From Myxococcota bacterium (lineage in GTDB: Bacteria; Myxococcota_A; SURF-8; G963663525): 64,000 bases of DNA. The stretch lies in contig CAXXVK010000043.1 of NCBI GenBank assembly GCA_963676915.2, positions 96,001 to 160,000 on the forward strand, in the 5' to 3' direction. Position 1 is the first letter of the stretch; the number at the start of each line of letters is the position of its first letter. Made by a program: the position numbers and the translations under genes. Of this stretch, positions 27,600 through 37,322 are shown in pieces. The notes under the pieces are model-generated. The model saw only the letters and a list, made by a program, of their open reading frames with translations, was not told the DNA's origin and ran no database searches.

Positions 27600-29945
27600 A
27601 TGTTTCGTACGTTTTGGATGGTAGCGGTTCTTTTGGCTGGCTTTCTTTTTACGTCTTGCGGGAGCGATGATTCCGGCAATAACCAATCTCCATCCGGGGA
27701 TGAGGATTCGTTGCTGGAATCGTATGAAGAACTCGAAGATATCGGACCTTTGGTGGATCTCGTCGATCCGTTCATCGGTACCGGTGGAACGGGGTTCGGT
27801 GTCGGCGCGGCGGTTCCGGGAGCGAAAGCTCCGTTCGGGATGATTTTTCCTTCTCCCGATACGACAAGTGAAAACGGTGCCTTCGGTTTTTATCATTGTG
27901 GTGGATACTACGATCCTGACCTGATGATAGAAGGCTTCAGTCATACTCATCTGCATGGCGTCGGAGCACAGGAATACGGCAACCTGATGTTCGTGCCGTT
28001 GGCTGGAACGATGACCGATGAACGTACCGCCGTGGAAAGCTACCGCAGTACGTTTTCGAAAGATACCGAAACCGCTTCTCCCGGATATTACGCGGTAACG
28101 CTGGACAACGGTGGCATCGGAGTGGAACTTACCGCGACAGAACGGGCCGCACATCATCGGTATAGGTATCCGGCAGAGGAAGCGAGTTCCACCGGGACGG
28201 TGTTTATCGATGTTTCACAGGTCGTGACCGACGGCGAAGTGTCCGATTCCGAGGTGTCGGTAGATATCGAGAACCGACGGATCGAAGGATGGTTGATCAA
28301 TCATCATGGCTTCAGTGGCCGATACGGTGGAATTACCGTGTATTTTTCCATTCGCTTCCGGCAGGACGTCACGGCGTGGGGAACGGTACGCGAAGGTTGG
28401 TTGAAACCGGAGGTTGCCGAGCAAGTTGGAGCCAGTACAGGGGCATACCTCGAATTCGATACCTCCGGCGGTGCTGAAATCGAGTTGCAGGTGGCGCTTT
28501 CGTTTGTCAGCGTCGAGCAAGCCCGGTTGAACCTGGAAACCGAAATGCCGGATTGGGATTTCGACGCCACCCGCGCCAAGACCGAGCAGATGTGGGAAGA
28601 CGAGCTTTCCGTGGTGACCTTCAAAGGTGGTACCGAAGAACAACAGGTCATTATGGCTACGGCGCTCTACCATGCCTTTCTAATGCCGGATCTGTTCATG
28701 GATGTCGATGGCCAATATCGGGGTTTCGATTTGGAAATCCATACGGCCGAAGATTTCGTCTATTACACCGATTTTTCGATGTGGGACACCTACCGCACTT
28801 TGCATCCGCTGCTGACGCTTGTACGACCTGAGCGACAGGCCGACATGCTGCAATCGCTGGTAATGATGGCGAACCAGGGTGGATCGCTGCCGAAATGGCC
28901 GATGGGAGTGGGATATACGGATTGCATGATCGGTACACCCGCCGATGTCGTGATCGCCGATTCCTACGTCAAAGGCATTCGTGATTTCGACGCCGAAGAT
29001 GCCTATCGGTTCATGCTGGAACACGCCGAAGGTCCGGTGGACAAAGCCGGTCGTGAAGATGTGGAATCCTACAATACGTACGGATATTGCACGGTAGATA
29101 CGGCTGGAGGGTCGGTGTCCAAGACGATGGAACACGCGATTGCCGATTTCGCCATAGCCCAGATGGCGGAAGCGATGGGAAAGACGGAAGATGCCGAACT
29201 GTATAACGAGCATTCCACTCGATATCGCAATTTGTGGGATGCCGAGAATCAGTTTTTTACGGGCCGACATACGGACGGAACCTTTGTAAAAGACTACGAT
29301 TTTCTTGAATGGGAAGAGTTTTACACCGAGGGGAATTCCTGGCAATACCTATGGCTTGCCCCGCACGATCCTTTCGGATTGCGTGACTTGTTCGGTTCCG
29401 ATGATGCCATGAAGGAGAAACTGGAGGAGTTTTTCGAAAAGGCGGTAACGGAACGGGAAAACTGGAGCGCGTTGAACGATCTGCTCCCTCCGGCTTATTA
29501 CTGGCATGGAAACGAGCCGGACATTCATGCGCCGTACCTGTTTTTGTACGTTTCGCGACCTGATTTGACGCAAAAATGGGTGCATTGGGTCGCAAAAGAA
29601 CTGTATAGCACGCAACCGGATGGCATTGCCGGAAACGACGATTGCGGGACGCTTTCGGCCTGGTACGTATTTTCCGCCCTTGGTTTCTATCCCCTGGCTG
29701 GTAGCGATACCTATTGGATCGGTAGCCCGATTTTCCCGTATGCGGAACTGGATTTGGGCGATGGCGTTACGTTGGTTGTCGAGGCTCCCAATGCATCTGC
29801 TGAAAACATCTATGTGCAAAACGTGACGCTGAACGGTGAGGCATTGGACGTTCCGTGGTTTTCCCACGCAGACATTGCCGAAGGTGGGAAAATCGTTTTC
29901 GAAATGGGACCGGAGCCGTCCGATTGGGGAAAACTGAAACAGTGA
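27600..29945 (+). CDS. GH92 alpha-mannosidase, lipoprotein
   Basis: VDPFIGT, PGA.APFGM..SPD, GFSHTHL.G.G, WDTYR, EGN.WQY, HGNEP, GNDDCG.LSAW; lipobox FTS-C. Confidence 0.95.
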   Translation: MFRTFWMVAVLLAGFLFTSCGSDDSGNNQSPSGDEDSLLESYEELEDIGPLVDLVDPFIGTGGTGFGVGAAVPGAKAPFGMIFPSPDTTSENGAFGFYHCGGYYDPDLMIEGFSHTHLHGVGAQEYGNLMFVPLAGTMTDERTAVESYRSTFSKDTETASPGYYAVTLDNGGIGVELTATERAAHHRYRYPAEEASSTGTVFIDVSQVVTDGEVSDSEVSVDIENRRIEGWLINHHGFSGRYGGITVYFSIRFRQDVTAWGTVREGWLKPEVAEQVGASTGAYLEFDTSGGAEIELQVALSFVSVEQARLNLETEMPDWDFDATRAKTEQMWEDELSVVTFKGGTEEQQVIMATALYHAFLMPDLFMDVDGQYRGFDLEIHTAEDFVYYTDFSMWDTYRTLHPLLTLVRPERQADMLQSLVMMANQGGSLPKWPMGVGYTDCMIGTPADVVIADSYVKGIRDFDAEDAYRFMLEHAEGPVDKAGREDVESYNTYGYCTVDTAGGSVSKTMEHAIADFAIAQMAEAMGKTEDAELYNEHSTRYRNLWDAENQFFTGRHTDGTFVKDYDFLEWEEFYTEGNSWQYLWLAPHDPFGLRDLFGSDDAMKEKLEEFFEKAVTERENWSALNDLLPPAYYWHGNEPDIHAPYLFLYVSRPDLTQKWVHWVAKELYSTQPDGIAGNDDCGTLSAWYVFSALGFYPLAGSDTYWIGSPIFPYAELDLGDGVTLVVEAPNASAENIYVQNVTLNGEALDVPWFSHADIAEGGKIVFEMGPEPSDWGKLKQ

Positions 29946-29951
29946 GAATAA

Positions 29952-29983
29952 CCAAAGGGTGCGGAAAAACCGCACCCTTTTGG
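29952..29983. terminator. Bidirectional intrinsic terminator
   Basis: aaagggtgcgg-aaaaa-ccgcacccttt between convergent genes. Confidence 0.8.
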
Positions 29984-30016
29984 CTGTCTTTCTAAAACAA
30001 ATAGCGCGATGTTGCG

Positions 30017-30523
30017 CTATTTCGCTTCAGGTTCTTCCTTTTTCTCTTTGTCGTCCGGGAGTAGACCGAACGATTTCAGATCTTTTTTGTTGGCTTCTCG
30101 TACCAGTCTCACTTTGACGTTGAACTCTATGGTGATTCCCGCCAGTGGGTTGTTGGCATCCAACACCACATAATCGTCGGTGACTTCCCGTACGATCATC
30201 GAGTAGTCGCTGCCGTCATCGCGGGTGGCGGTAATGGACTGGTTGACTTCGGGGACAAGATCTTCCGGCAATTTTTCACGCGGAGCTTTGACCAGCAGTT
30301 TCGGATTGTACTCGCCGTAGGCTTTGTCCGGTGTCAGGGTAACACTGAATTCGTCTTTCGGCTCTTTGCCTTCCAATTCCGCTTCCAGGGCGGGTAGCAG
30401 CACGCCGTAGCCGTGGATGTATTGGAACATCTCGTTTTCTTGGCCAACACTTTCGATGACATCGCCTTGTTCGGTTTTCGCTTCGAGCGCGAGGCCCACC
30501 ATTGCGTTTTTGCAGATTTTCAT
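30017..30523 (-). CDS. slyD: FKBP-type peptidyl-prolyl isomerase SlyD-like (no His-rich tail)
   Basis: YIHG...L.PALE..L.G, L.P..AYG, LDAN.PLAG..I.F.V.V..VREA. Confidence 0.85.
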   Translation of the reverse strand: MKICKNAMVGLALEAKTEQGDVIESVGQENEMFQYIHGYGVLLPALEAELEGKEPKDEFSVTLTPDKAYGEYNPKLLVKAPREKLPEDLVPEVNQSITATRDDGSDYSMIVREVTDDYVVLDANNPLAGITIEFNVKVRLVREANKKDLKSFGLLPDDKEKKEEPEAK

Positions 30524-30524
30524 A

Positions 30525-32132
30525 TCATTTCATCCTTGTCGTTCCGTCCACGTCGAGCACCAACGGTCCCGCCTCGCGGACTTCTTTGGGTTCTTGCGCC
30601 GCGTACTGCGTGAAATTCTTCATGAAGCGCAGAGACAACTCTCTCGCCTTGCGCCAGTATTCCGTTTGATCCGCCCAGGTGTCTTCGGGGTTGAGGATCT
30701 TTTCGGGAACGCCGGGACAGGACTGAGGAACTTCCACACCGAAGACCTGATGTTTCTCCGAGGGAACCTCTGCGAGTTTGCCGGATAGCGCGGCGTCGAT
30801 CATGGCCCGAGTATACTGGATTTTGATTCGTTCGCCAACTCCATAGGGACCGCCGCTCCATCCGGTATTGACCAGCCAGCAATTCGTGTTGTGCTCGGCC
30901 ATCTTGCGTCCCAGCATTTCGGCGTATACCGCCGGCTTGCGAGCCATGAACGGAGCGCCGAAGCAGGTCGAAAACGTTGCTTGCGGTTCGGTGATGCCGC
31001 GCTCGGTGCCCGCCAGTTTCGCCGTGTAGCCGCTGAGGAAATAATACATCGCCTGTTCCGGCGAAAGTTTGGAAATCGGCGGCATGACGCCAAAAGCATC
31101 GGCGACGAGCATGACGATGTTCTTCGGATGATCCGCCATGCTTTTCGGTTGAATATTCGGAATGAATTCGAGGGGATACGAAGCTCGGGTGTTTTCGGTG
31201 ATGGAAGCGTCATCCAGAAGAATTCCGCGTGTAGTGCGGTCCATGGTGACGTTTTCCAGAATCGTACCGAAACGGCTGGTGCAGTCGTAGATTTCCGGTT
31301 CGTCCTTTTTGCTCAGACGAATGACTTTGGCATAACAGCCACCCTCGAAATTGAAAATGCCGTTGTCGCTCCATCCGTGCTCGTCGTCACCGATGAGTTT
31401 GCGGCTGGGATCAGCGGACAGAGTGGTTTTTCCCGTGCCGGACAGGCCGAAAAACAGCGCCGTATCGCCGTCTTTTCCGACATTCGCCGAACAGTGCATA
31501 CCCAGAACGCCTCGTTCGGGCATCAGATAATTCATGACGGTGAACATCGTTTTCTTGATTTCGCCGCCGTATCGGGTGTTGGCGATCAGTGCAACCCTGC
31601 GCGTGTAGTCGATGACGATCACGGCTTCCGAGTTCGTATGGTCACGAAGCGGGTCGGTTCGAAATCCCGAGGCGGAAATCAGCGTGAACGATGGAATGAA
31701 ATCCTTGGCTCCCAACGCGGGAGAACGTCGGATGAACATATTGCGGGCGAACATGCTTTGCCATGCGTCTTCGGTGATGACACGAATCGGCAGGTGATAG
31801 TTCGGATCGGCGCCAAGGTAGCAATCCTGTACGAAAACTTCCCGGTTGCGGAAGTAATCGCCGATGGCGAAATGCAAGGTATCGAAATCTTTGGGTTCGT
31901 AGCTCTCGTTAACATCGCCCCACCAGATGGTGTCTCGGGTGGTTTCATCCAGAACCGTGAATTTATCTTTGGGAGAACGTCCCGTGTACTGCCCGGTAAC
32001 CACCAGCAACGGTCCACCCTGGGCGATCAGTCCTTCGTTACGGCGAAGTGCCTGCTCGTAGAGGGCTTCCGTACCGAGATTGTAATATACGGCGGAAGGA
32101 GAATGAATCCGAGCCTGGGTCAGGTTCAACAT
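30525..32132 (-). CDS. pckA: Phosphoenolpyruvate carboxykinase (ATP)
   Basis: TGRSPKDK, YGGEIKK, MHCSAN, FFGLSGTGKTTLS, LIGDDEHGW, NFEGGCYAK. Confidence 0.97.
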   Translation of the reverse strand: MLNLTQARIHSPSAVYYNLGTEALYEQALRRNEGLIAQGGPLLVVTGQYTGRSPKDKFTVLDETTRDTIWWGDVNESYEPKDFDTLHFAIGDYFRNREVFVQDCYLGADPNYHLPIRVITEDAWQSMFARNMFIRRSPALGAKDFIPSFTLISASGFRTDPLRDHTNSEAVIVIDYTRRVALIANTRYGGEIKKTMFTVMNYLMPERGVLGMHCSANVGKDGDTALFFGLSGTGKTTLSADPSRKLIGDDEHGWSDNGIFNFEGGCYAKVIRLSKKDEPEIYDCTSRFGTILENVTMDRTTRGILLDDASITENTRASYPLEFIPNIQPKSMADHPKNIVMLVADAFGVMPPISKLSPEQAMYYFLSGYTAKLAGTERGITEPQATFSTCFGAPFMARKPAVYAEMLGRKMAEHNTNCWLVNTGWSGGPYGVGERIKIQYTRAMIDAALSGKLAEVPSEKHQVFGVEVPQSCPGVPEKILNPEDTWADQTEYWRKARELSLRFMKNFTQYAAQEPKEVREAGPLVLDVDGTTRMK

Positions 32133-32177
32133 GGTCGCCTCCTAAAACATCGGCTTTTTGTTTGGAATGAAAAAAAT

Positions 32178-33098
32178 TCAGTCGTTTTTGCTCCAGCGAT
32201 CCAATCGCCGGGCGATGGTCGATAACATGGGTTCGTAACGGATTTGCGTGCCGTTGTGCTTTTCGAACATGTAATCCGCCAAAGGAAAATGATGCGGGCT
32301 ACGTTCGTAGTTTACGGTCGAAGGAACAGGACCGAAGGTTTCCCGCGCAAGGAAGCGTTCCGCGTCCAACTCGCCTCCTCCGAAAAAGCTTGTGACTTTG
32401 CAGGTTGTCTCCAGAACTTTTTGGAATTTATCGAAAAGTTCCTGTTGGCTGGGATAGCTCTCGATGACCTTTCGTTTGTTCTCCATTTCGGTGGCGGTGA
32501 GCATGATTTCGTGACGGGTTCCGCGATACCAGGGTGCGAAGCGCATGGCGATAAGGATCGTCAACTCGTATTCGGGAAGCTGCATGAAAAGGATTTCCCG
32601 ACCGATTTCCCGCTCGTACCGTTTCAGGGCGTAGGCTGTCAATAAATGAGTCAGATCGTGTTCCGGGTGCCCGCCTTGAAACGCCAGCGTCCATACGACA
32701 TCGGGTTGCGTTTTGCGCAGAAAATTAAGCACTTGGTCGGCCATCTCCTCGAACATGTCCGTCAGAGAATCGTCTCCCCCGGCACGTCCGAGTTCCACGA
32801 AACGATCGTAGATGGCGATCTCCGAGTGAGCCAGTTCAGTCATTTCTTCCGGTTTGCGACCCATGACCGTCATGGCGTTACGGCATTCGGCCAGACGTTT
32901 TTCAGCGTAGCTTGCCGGATCTTCGTTGACGAACGGAGCGAGGCCGTCGCCGTTGGTCAGCCACAAAAAGCGCGAATCCTCACCCAAACGCTGAAACAGG
33001 CCGGAGTATCCCAACTCGTCGTCCTGGTGTGCGACGGTGACGGCATGGCGGGTTTCAGGAAGAAAAATGTAATTGGGGTAGGGCAGATATCGGCTCAT
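32178..33098 (-). CDS. PIG-L/LmbE family de-N-acetylase
   Basis: AHQDDE, LTNGD, R..E, GGHPEHD; GGAGG RBS. Confidence 0.85.
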   Translation of the reverse strand: MSRYLPYPNYIFLPETRHAVTVAHQDDELGYSGLFQRLGEDSRFLWLTNGDGLAPFVNEDPASYAEKRLAECRNAMTVMGRKPEEMTELAHSEIAIYDRFVELGRAGGDDSLTDMFEEMADQVLNFLRKTQPDVVWTLAFQGGHPEHDLTHLLTAYALKRYEREIGREILFMQLPEYELTILIAMRFAPWYRGTRHEIMLTATEMENKRKVIESYPSQQELFDKFQKVLETTCKVTSFFGGGELDAERFLARETFGPVPSTVNYERSPHHFPLADYMFEKHNGTQIRYEPMLSTIARRLDRWSKND

Positions 33099-33326
33099 GA
33101 CAACCTCCGAACAAAACGAATATGGCCGGGAGCATTTCACAACCTGGAGCGGAAGTCAAAAAACAATAACTTATGAGGCTTACAAGTTGGAATTATCGAT
33201 TGAAAACGAGGGGTTCGACGAGGCGAACGCACCAAAACGAGGAGGGGTTTCCTTTTGCGATAAAATGTCGCTTACGGGGATAAGTTTTCGTATGTTGGGT
33301 TGATTTTAGCCTGACATATTCGCATT

Positions 33327-33353
33327 GTCGGGCAAGAAATTTGCCCGACCTAC
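33327..33353 (-). repeat. GTAG-type REP-like palindrome, class A copy 2
   Basis: Exact reverse complement of 6637-6663. Confidence 0.75.
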
Positions 33354-33388
33354 TTGTGACTATTGGAAAATCAAGTATAATCAATTGT

Positions 33389-35446
33389 TTACGGAGATTC
33401 CAAAAGCATCCGTACTCCCAACCAGACTTCACGCCCCGGATCGGGATAACCGTACTTCGTTTGGTAATACGAATCCAGCAGGTTCGTGGTTCGGAACCAG
33501 AGGGAAACGTGCTCGTCCCAGCGGTACTCCAGGCGCTGATTCCAAGTGAGATAAGCTCCCAGCTCTGCCCATCGCTGGGTGTCGGGATTTTTGTATTTCT
33601 GGGGTCCGGTCAGACGAAGACAGTGGGACCATTGCAGTCGGGGCATGAAATTTCCCGTGATTTCGAGGGTTGCCTTGTGTTCGGGTTTGTACTCCAGGCG
33701 GTTGTCCGGGGCGGGACGGTCTGTCAGTCGTCCGTGCAAGTAGGCATACGAAGCGCGCATCGAGAATTGGTGGACGGGACGAATAAAGAGCATCGCTTCC
33801 GCTCCGGCAAGTCTTGCCTGTCCCAGGTTTTGAATCTGGGTTTCGCCATCTCCGAGGTTTACCGGGTCGATTAAATCCGACACTTCGGCGTCGTAGCCGG
33901 AGGCGGCAACGTGCAACCAATCCATGGGGCGGTAGTCGATTTCAAGGCCGAAATGCCAGGCATGTTCCGGTTTGAGATCCGGGTTGGGTAGGTCGTTTCC
34001 GTAGACGCCCGAAAAGCGTTCTTTCAATGTGGGAAAGCGGGTCCGACCGGCAGCCGTGGCAGTAATTGCAAGAGATTTCATGGGGTTCCACGATCCTCGA
34101 ACCAGTGGCCCCCAACCTGTTTGCGGGTCGAGGGAAACGTCTCCGGTGGATTCCGGGATGTCGGCATCGATTTGGAGAGCGGCCAGAATCGAGCCATGGG
34201 TGGAATTTCCATACTCGATCTCCGGGGCGGCTGTTAGTAGCCAGCGAGAGAATTTTATCCGGTCGCTGCCGGTGTCGGAGCGCTTGGCGTGCTCGTCGCG
34301 CTGGGCGCTGGTCCAGAGTCTCAAAGAAAGATCACCGCCGCCAAGATCCTGAAATCGTTTAAAAATTCTGACTCTGGCTCCCGTAATGGTGTCATGTAGC
34401 CACGAATGAAACGCTTTGGCGCTGTCTTGTGTGGTGTACGTGGCGTCGTCGTAGGAGTCCAGCAGGTTTTCGAAGCGGCGCAGGTAGATTACGTCGTCGA
34501 TTTCGACGCCGCCCGGCAGTTGTCCCGCGTGGGACAGGCTGGCCCCGAGGGCGCGCCATTCGTTGAAACGCCAGTAATTCGGGGAGGTTTCGTCTACGCT
34601 GGGCGGGACGCCTTTTTCCCCGGAAAGAATCGAAGCCGAAAGCGTCAGCCGATGGCGCTCGTGCGGGTCCATAATGGCTTTGGCCAGTGCGAACGTGGTT
34701 GTTTTGTCGCTGTTGAGACGGATTTTTCCCGAATCGTTGCGTCCTCCCGGAAAATTTCGGGACAACGCGAAGCCGTCCCGCTCGAATCGCCCGGCGGTGA
34801 ACGAATAAGCAATGCGTTCTTTTCCCAGATTGAAGGAATATACCTGCTTACGCGAACCAACGCCGCCGATTTCGCCGAACTGGGAAAACGATACCCCATG
34901 CTCCGGTTTTCGCGTCACGATATTGATGGCTCCGCCCAAGCCGTTGGGACCGTACATCACCGATCCCGGTCCTTTGATCACCGTGATGCGTTCGATGGTT
35001 TCGGCGGGAAACATCGACAGATCCACTTGCCCATCATTGGGGATGTACGAGGGCACGCCGTCGATCAGCACCAGCGTCTGGCGTTGGTCGAAACCTCTCA
35101 TTTCGAAAATGCGTTCTCCACGGGAACCGGTCGTGGCATGGATAGCGGCCTGACTTTCGAGAATCTGGGCGGCGTCTTCGGCTCCCGAACGCTCGATGTC
35201 TTCCCGGCGGATGCGTTGAACGCTGATTCCCTGCCTTGCCGTTGCTTTACCGGATACCACGACCTCCTCCACCAGCATTCTGGAGTCGTCGGAAGTCTCT
35301 TCGGGTGGTGTCATTTCGATCGAAACCGCGTCGTCCCCACCATCGGTTTCATGTTCGGCGGAAAATGCCGCATGGGGAACGAAAAGGGTTCCCCATGCGG
35401 CCAACAGACAGAGAATAAAGCCTATCTCTCGTCGTTTATTGGACAC
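33389..35446 (-). CDS. TonB-dependent receptor
   Basis: Signal peptide, TonB box EEVVVSG, plug motif RGF...VLIDGVP...IERI.VIKGPGSV.YG...GGAINIVT, NPDLKPE, NLLD..Y, PGR. Confidence 0.93.
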   Translation of the reverse strand: MSNKRREIGFILCLLAAWGTLFVPHAAFSAEHETDGGDDAVSIEMTPPEETSDDSRMLVEEVVVSGKATARQGISVQRIRREDIERSGAEDAAQILESQAAIHATTGSRGERIFEMRGFDQRQTLVLIDGVPSYIPNDGQVDLSMFPAETIERITVIKGPGSVMYGPNGLGGAINIVTRKPEHGVSFSQFGEIGGVGSRKQVYSFNLGKERIAYSFTAGRFERDGFALSRNFPGGRNDSGKIRLNSDKTTTFALAKAIMDPHERHRLTLSASILSGEKGVPPSVDETSPNYWRFNEWRALGASLSHAGQLPGGVEIDDVIYLRRFENLLDSYDDATYTTQDSAKAFHSWLHDTITGARVRIFKRFQDLGGGDLSLRLWTSAQRDEHAKRSDTGSDRIKFSRWLLTAAPEIEYGNSTHGSILAALQIDADIPESTGDVSLDPQTGWGPLVRGSWNPMKSLAITATAAGRTRFPTLKERFSGVYGNDLPNPDLKPEHAWHFGLEIDYRPMDWLHVAASGYDAEVSDLIDPVNLGDGETQIQNLGQARLAGAEAMLFIRPVHQFSMRASYAYLHGRLTDRPAPDNRLEYKPEHKATLEITGNFMPRLQWSHCLRLTGPQKYKNPDTQRWAELGAYLTWNQRLEYRWDEHVSLWFRTTNLLDSYYQTKYGYPDPGREVWLGVRMLLESP

Positions 35447-37322
35447 TGGTTATTTTGATTTTGGAGAGATTGCGGACCTGCAAACAGCCCGGCATGTCGG
35501 AACCGTCGATCCAGATCAGTTTACGGATGTTCACATGTACGCGACCATCGGCGAAACGGTTGCCTGCCAGCGGAACGAGAGCCGTGCAATTGTCGGAATC
35601 CGCCGGGGTGTAGCCGTCGTTGGAAACGAATTCGGCCTGCAAATCAGCGATTGTTTCGTTGGGTAGCGCTACGGAAATGATGGCGTCCAGCTTGGCGTAT
35701 TCGGCGTTATCAATGGTTTCGAGTTCCACTTTGTTCAGCATGACGTCCGTGCTGTCACCGTCGAATTCGACCGTGACGCTGGGGGAATCGTCCGAGCCGT
35801 ACGCGAGAATCCGGTCCACGTCTTTGATTTTCAGGCAGCCGGGCAGGTTGGCGGTGTCATCCCAATACAGTTTACGGTCGCTCAGTCGAATGTATCCATA
35901 TTGAAGCAGAGAGCCGGTGACCGGTACGGATTCGTCGCAGTTGCTTCCGCCGTCCAGCGGCATGAAATCGTCACCCGCGATGAAGTCGTAGCGTAAGTCC
36001 TCGGGCGTTTCGTTCGGCAAGGCCAGCGAGACGATGGAAGACAGGTTGCAGTACAATTCGTCGCCGATGGTCGTTTTGGCGGCCTGCAACAGATCGACCG
36101 GATAGCTTTCGCCCTTGAACTCTACGGAAACCTGAGTGTTTTCAGGCATGTCGTAGACGGCGATGGTCGCGAGATCATTGACTTTCATGCAGCCGGGCAG
36201 GTTGGCGTCGTCCGCCCAGGTAAGGTTACGGCTTTCGGGATTCACGTAGCCGTAAGTCAGAAGATTTCCGGCCAGCGGAACGGAGCTGGAACAGTTGGAC
36301 GAATCGAGCGGAGAAAAGCCGTCGGCAGCATGGAAATTGAACATCAGGTCGGCGAGCGTGGCATCAGGCAGCGTCGCCTTGACGATGGATTCGAGCGGGA
36401 CGAGGTTTTCTTCTCCAACCGCGGTTGTGTCTAGCGTGTTGATTTTAACATCCTCGGCTGTTTCCCCGTACATGACTTTCACCAGCACATCGTCGGTGGG
36501 TTCCGGGGGTTCCGAGGCGTGAATGATTGCCAGATCTTTCACCGACAGACAGCCGGGTAGGTCGGCGGTTTCATCCCAGGTAAGGTCGGCGTCCTGGCTG
36601 TGAATGAAGCCCTTGGAAAGGTTCGAGCCTTCCAGCGGCATCATGCCGGAACAATTGGGAGAATCGGAAGCTTTGAAGCCGTCGGAGGCTTCGAAATCGT
36701 ACACCAGTTCGGTCACGTCGCGGTCCGTGATCGCCAGTGCTACCACGGAGGCCAGTTTGGCGTAGGATTCGCCGTCGATATCTTCCTGTTCTGCGTTACC
36801 CAGATCCACTTCGATTTCGTTGCCGTCGTAGGCGATTTTCACTTTCGCGGTGGCGTCGCTTGCGGTGACGAGAATCTGCGCCAGATCTTTGATGTGCAGA
36901 CAGCCGGGATATTCCAGCGTTGCATCCCAGATCAGGTTTCGGCTCGTGGGATGGATGTAACCATTGACCAGCAAATCTCCCGTGAGCGGGATCAAGCCTT
37001 CACAGTTCGTGGAATCCAGAGGCTGGAAACCGTCCCCGGCTACGAAGTCGTAGGTCAGGTTTTCCAGATTTTCGTTGGGAAGGGCAAGTTGCAGTACCGA
37101 AGTCAAGGTGACGTAGTTTTCGCCTTCCACGTCTTCGAGTGTGGCTTTGGACAGGTCCACATCTTCTCGTACGTCTCCGAATACCACCTCTACCGTCACC
37201 GGGTCGCCGGTTTGCGGGTCGTCGTCGCCATCATCGTTGGATTGATCCAGACAGCCCGTAAACACAAGCGCTGACAACGTAAACAGACTTAACAGCAGAG
37301 ACAAAGTGTTGAATTTTTTCAT
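35436..37322 (-). CDS. Lipoprotein of five ~115-aa tandem repeats, each with two conserved Cys; possible divergent molybdopterin-binding (Oxidored_molyb-like) fold
   Basis: Lipobox FTG-C; each repeat has L..(I/V)..A, F.A.DG(F/Y)..DS.NC, L.W.....PGC..(V/I).(D/N)L..I. Confidence 0.8.
   Translation of the reverse strand: MKKFNTLSLLLSLFTLSALVFTGCLDQSNDDGDDDPQTGDPVTVEVVFGDVREDVDLSKATLEDVEGENYVTLTSVLQLALPNENLENLTYDFVAGDGFQPLDSTNCEGLIPLTGDLLVNGYIHPTSRNLIWDATLEYPGCLHIKDLAQILVTASDATAKVKIAYDGNEIEVDLGNAEQEDIDGESYAKLASVVALAITDRDVTELVYDFEASDGFKASDSPNCSGMMPLEGSNLSKGFIHSQDADLTWDETADLPGCLSVKDLAIIHASEPPEPTDDVLVKVMYGETAEDVKINTLDTTAVGEENLVPLESIVKATLPDATLADLMFNFHAADGFSPLDSSNCSSSVPLAGNLLTYGYVNPESRNLTWADDANLPGCMKVNDLATIAVYDMPENTQVSVEFKGESYPVDLLQAAKTTIGDELYCNLSSIVSLALPNETPEDLRYDFIAGDDFMPLDGGSNCDESVPVTGSLLQYGYIRLSDRKLYWDDTANLPGCLKIKDVDRILAYGSDDSPSVTVEFDGDSTDVMLNKVELETIDNAEYAKLDAIISVALPNETIADLQAEFVSNDGYTPADSDNCTALVPLAGNRFADGRVHVNIRKLIWIDGSDMPGCLQVRNLSKIKITSVQ

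Noticed and set aside
30891-32225. 444-aa plus-strand ORF (and similar shadows over purF, purL and the TonB receptor)
   Set aside because: Antisense to conserved genes.
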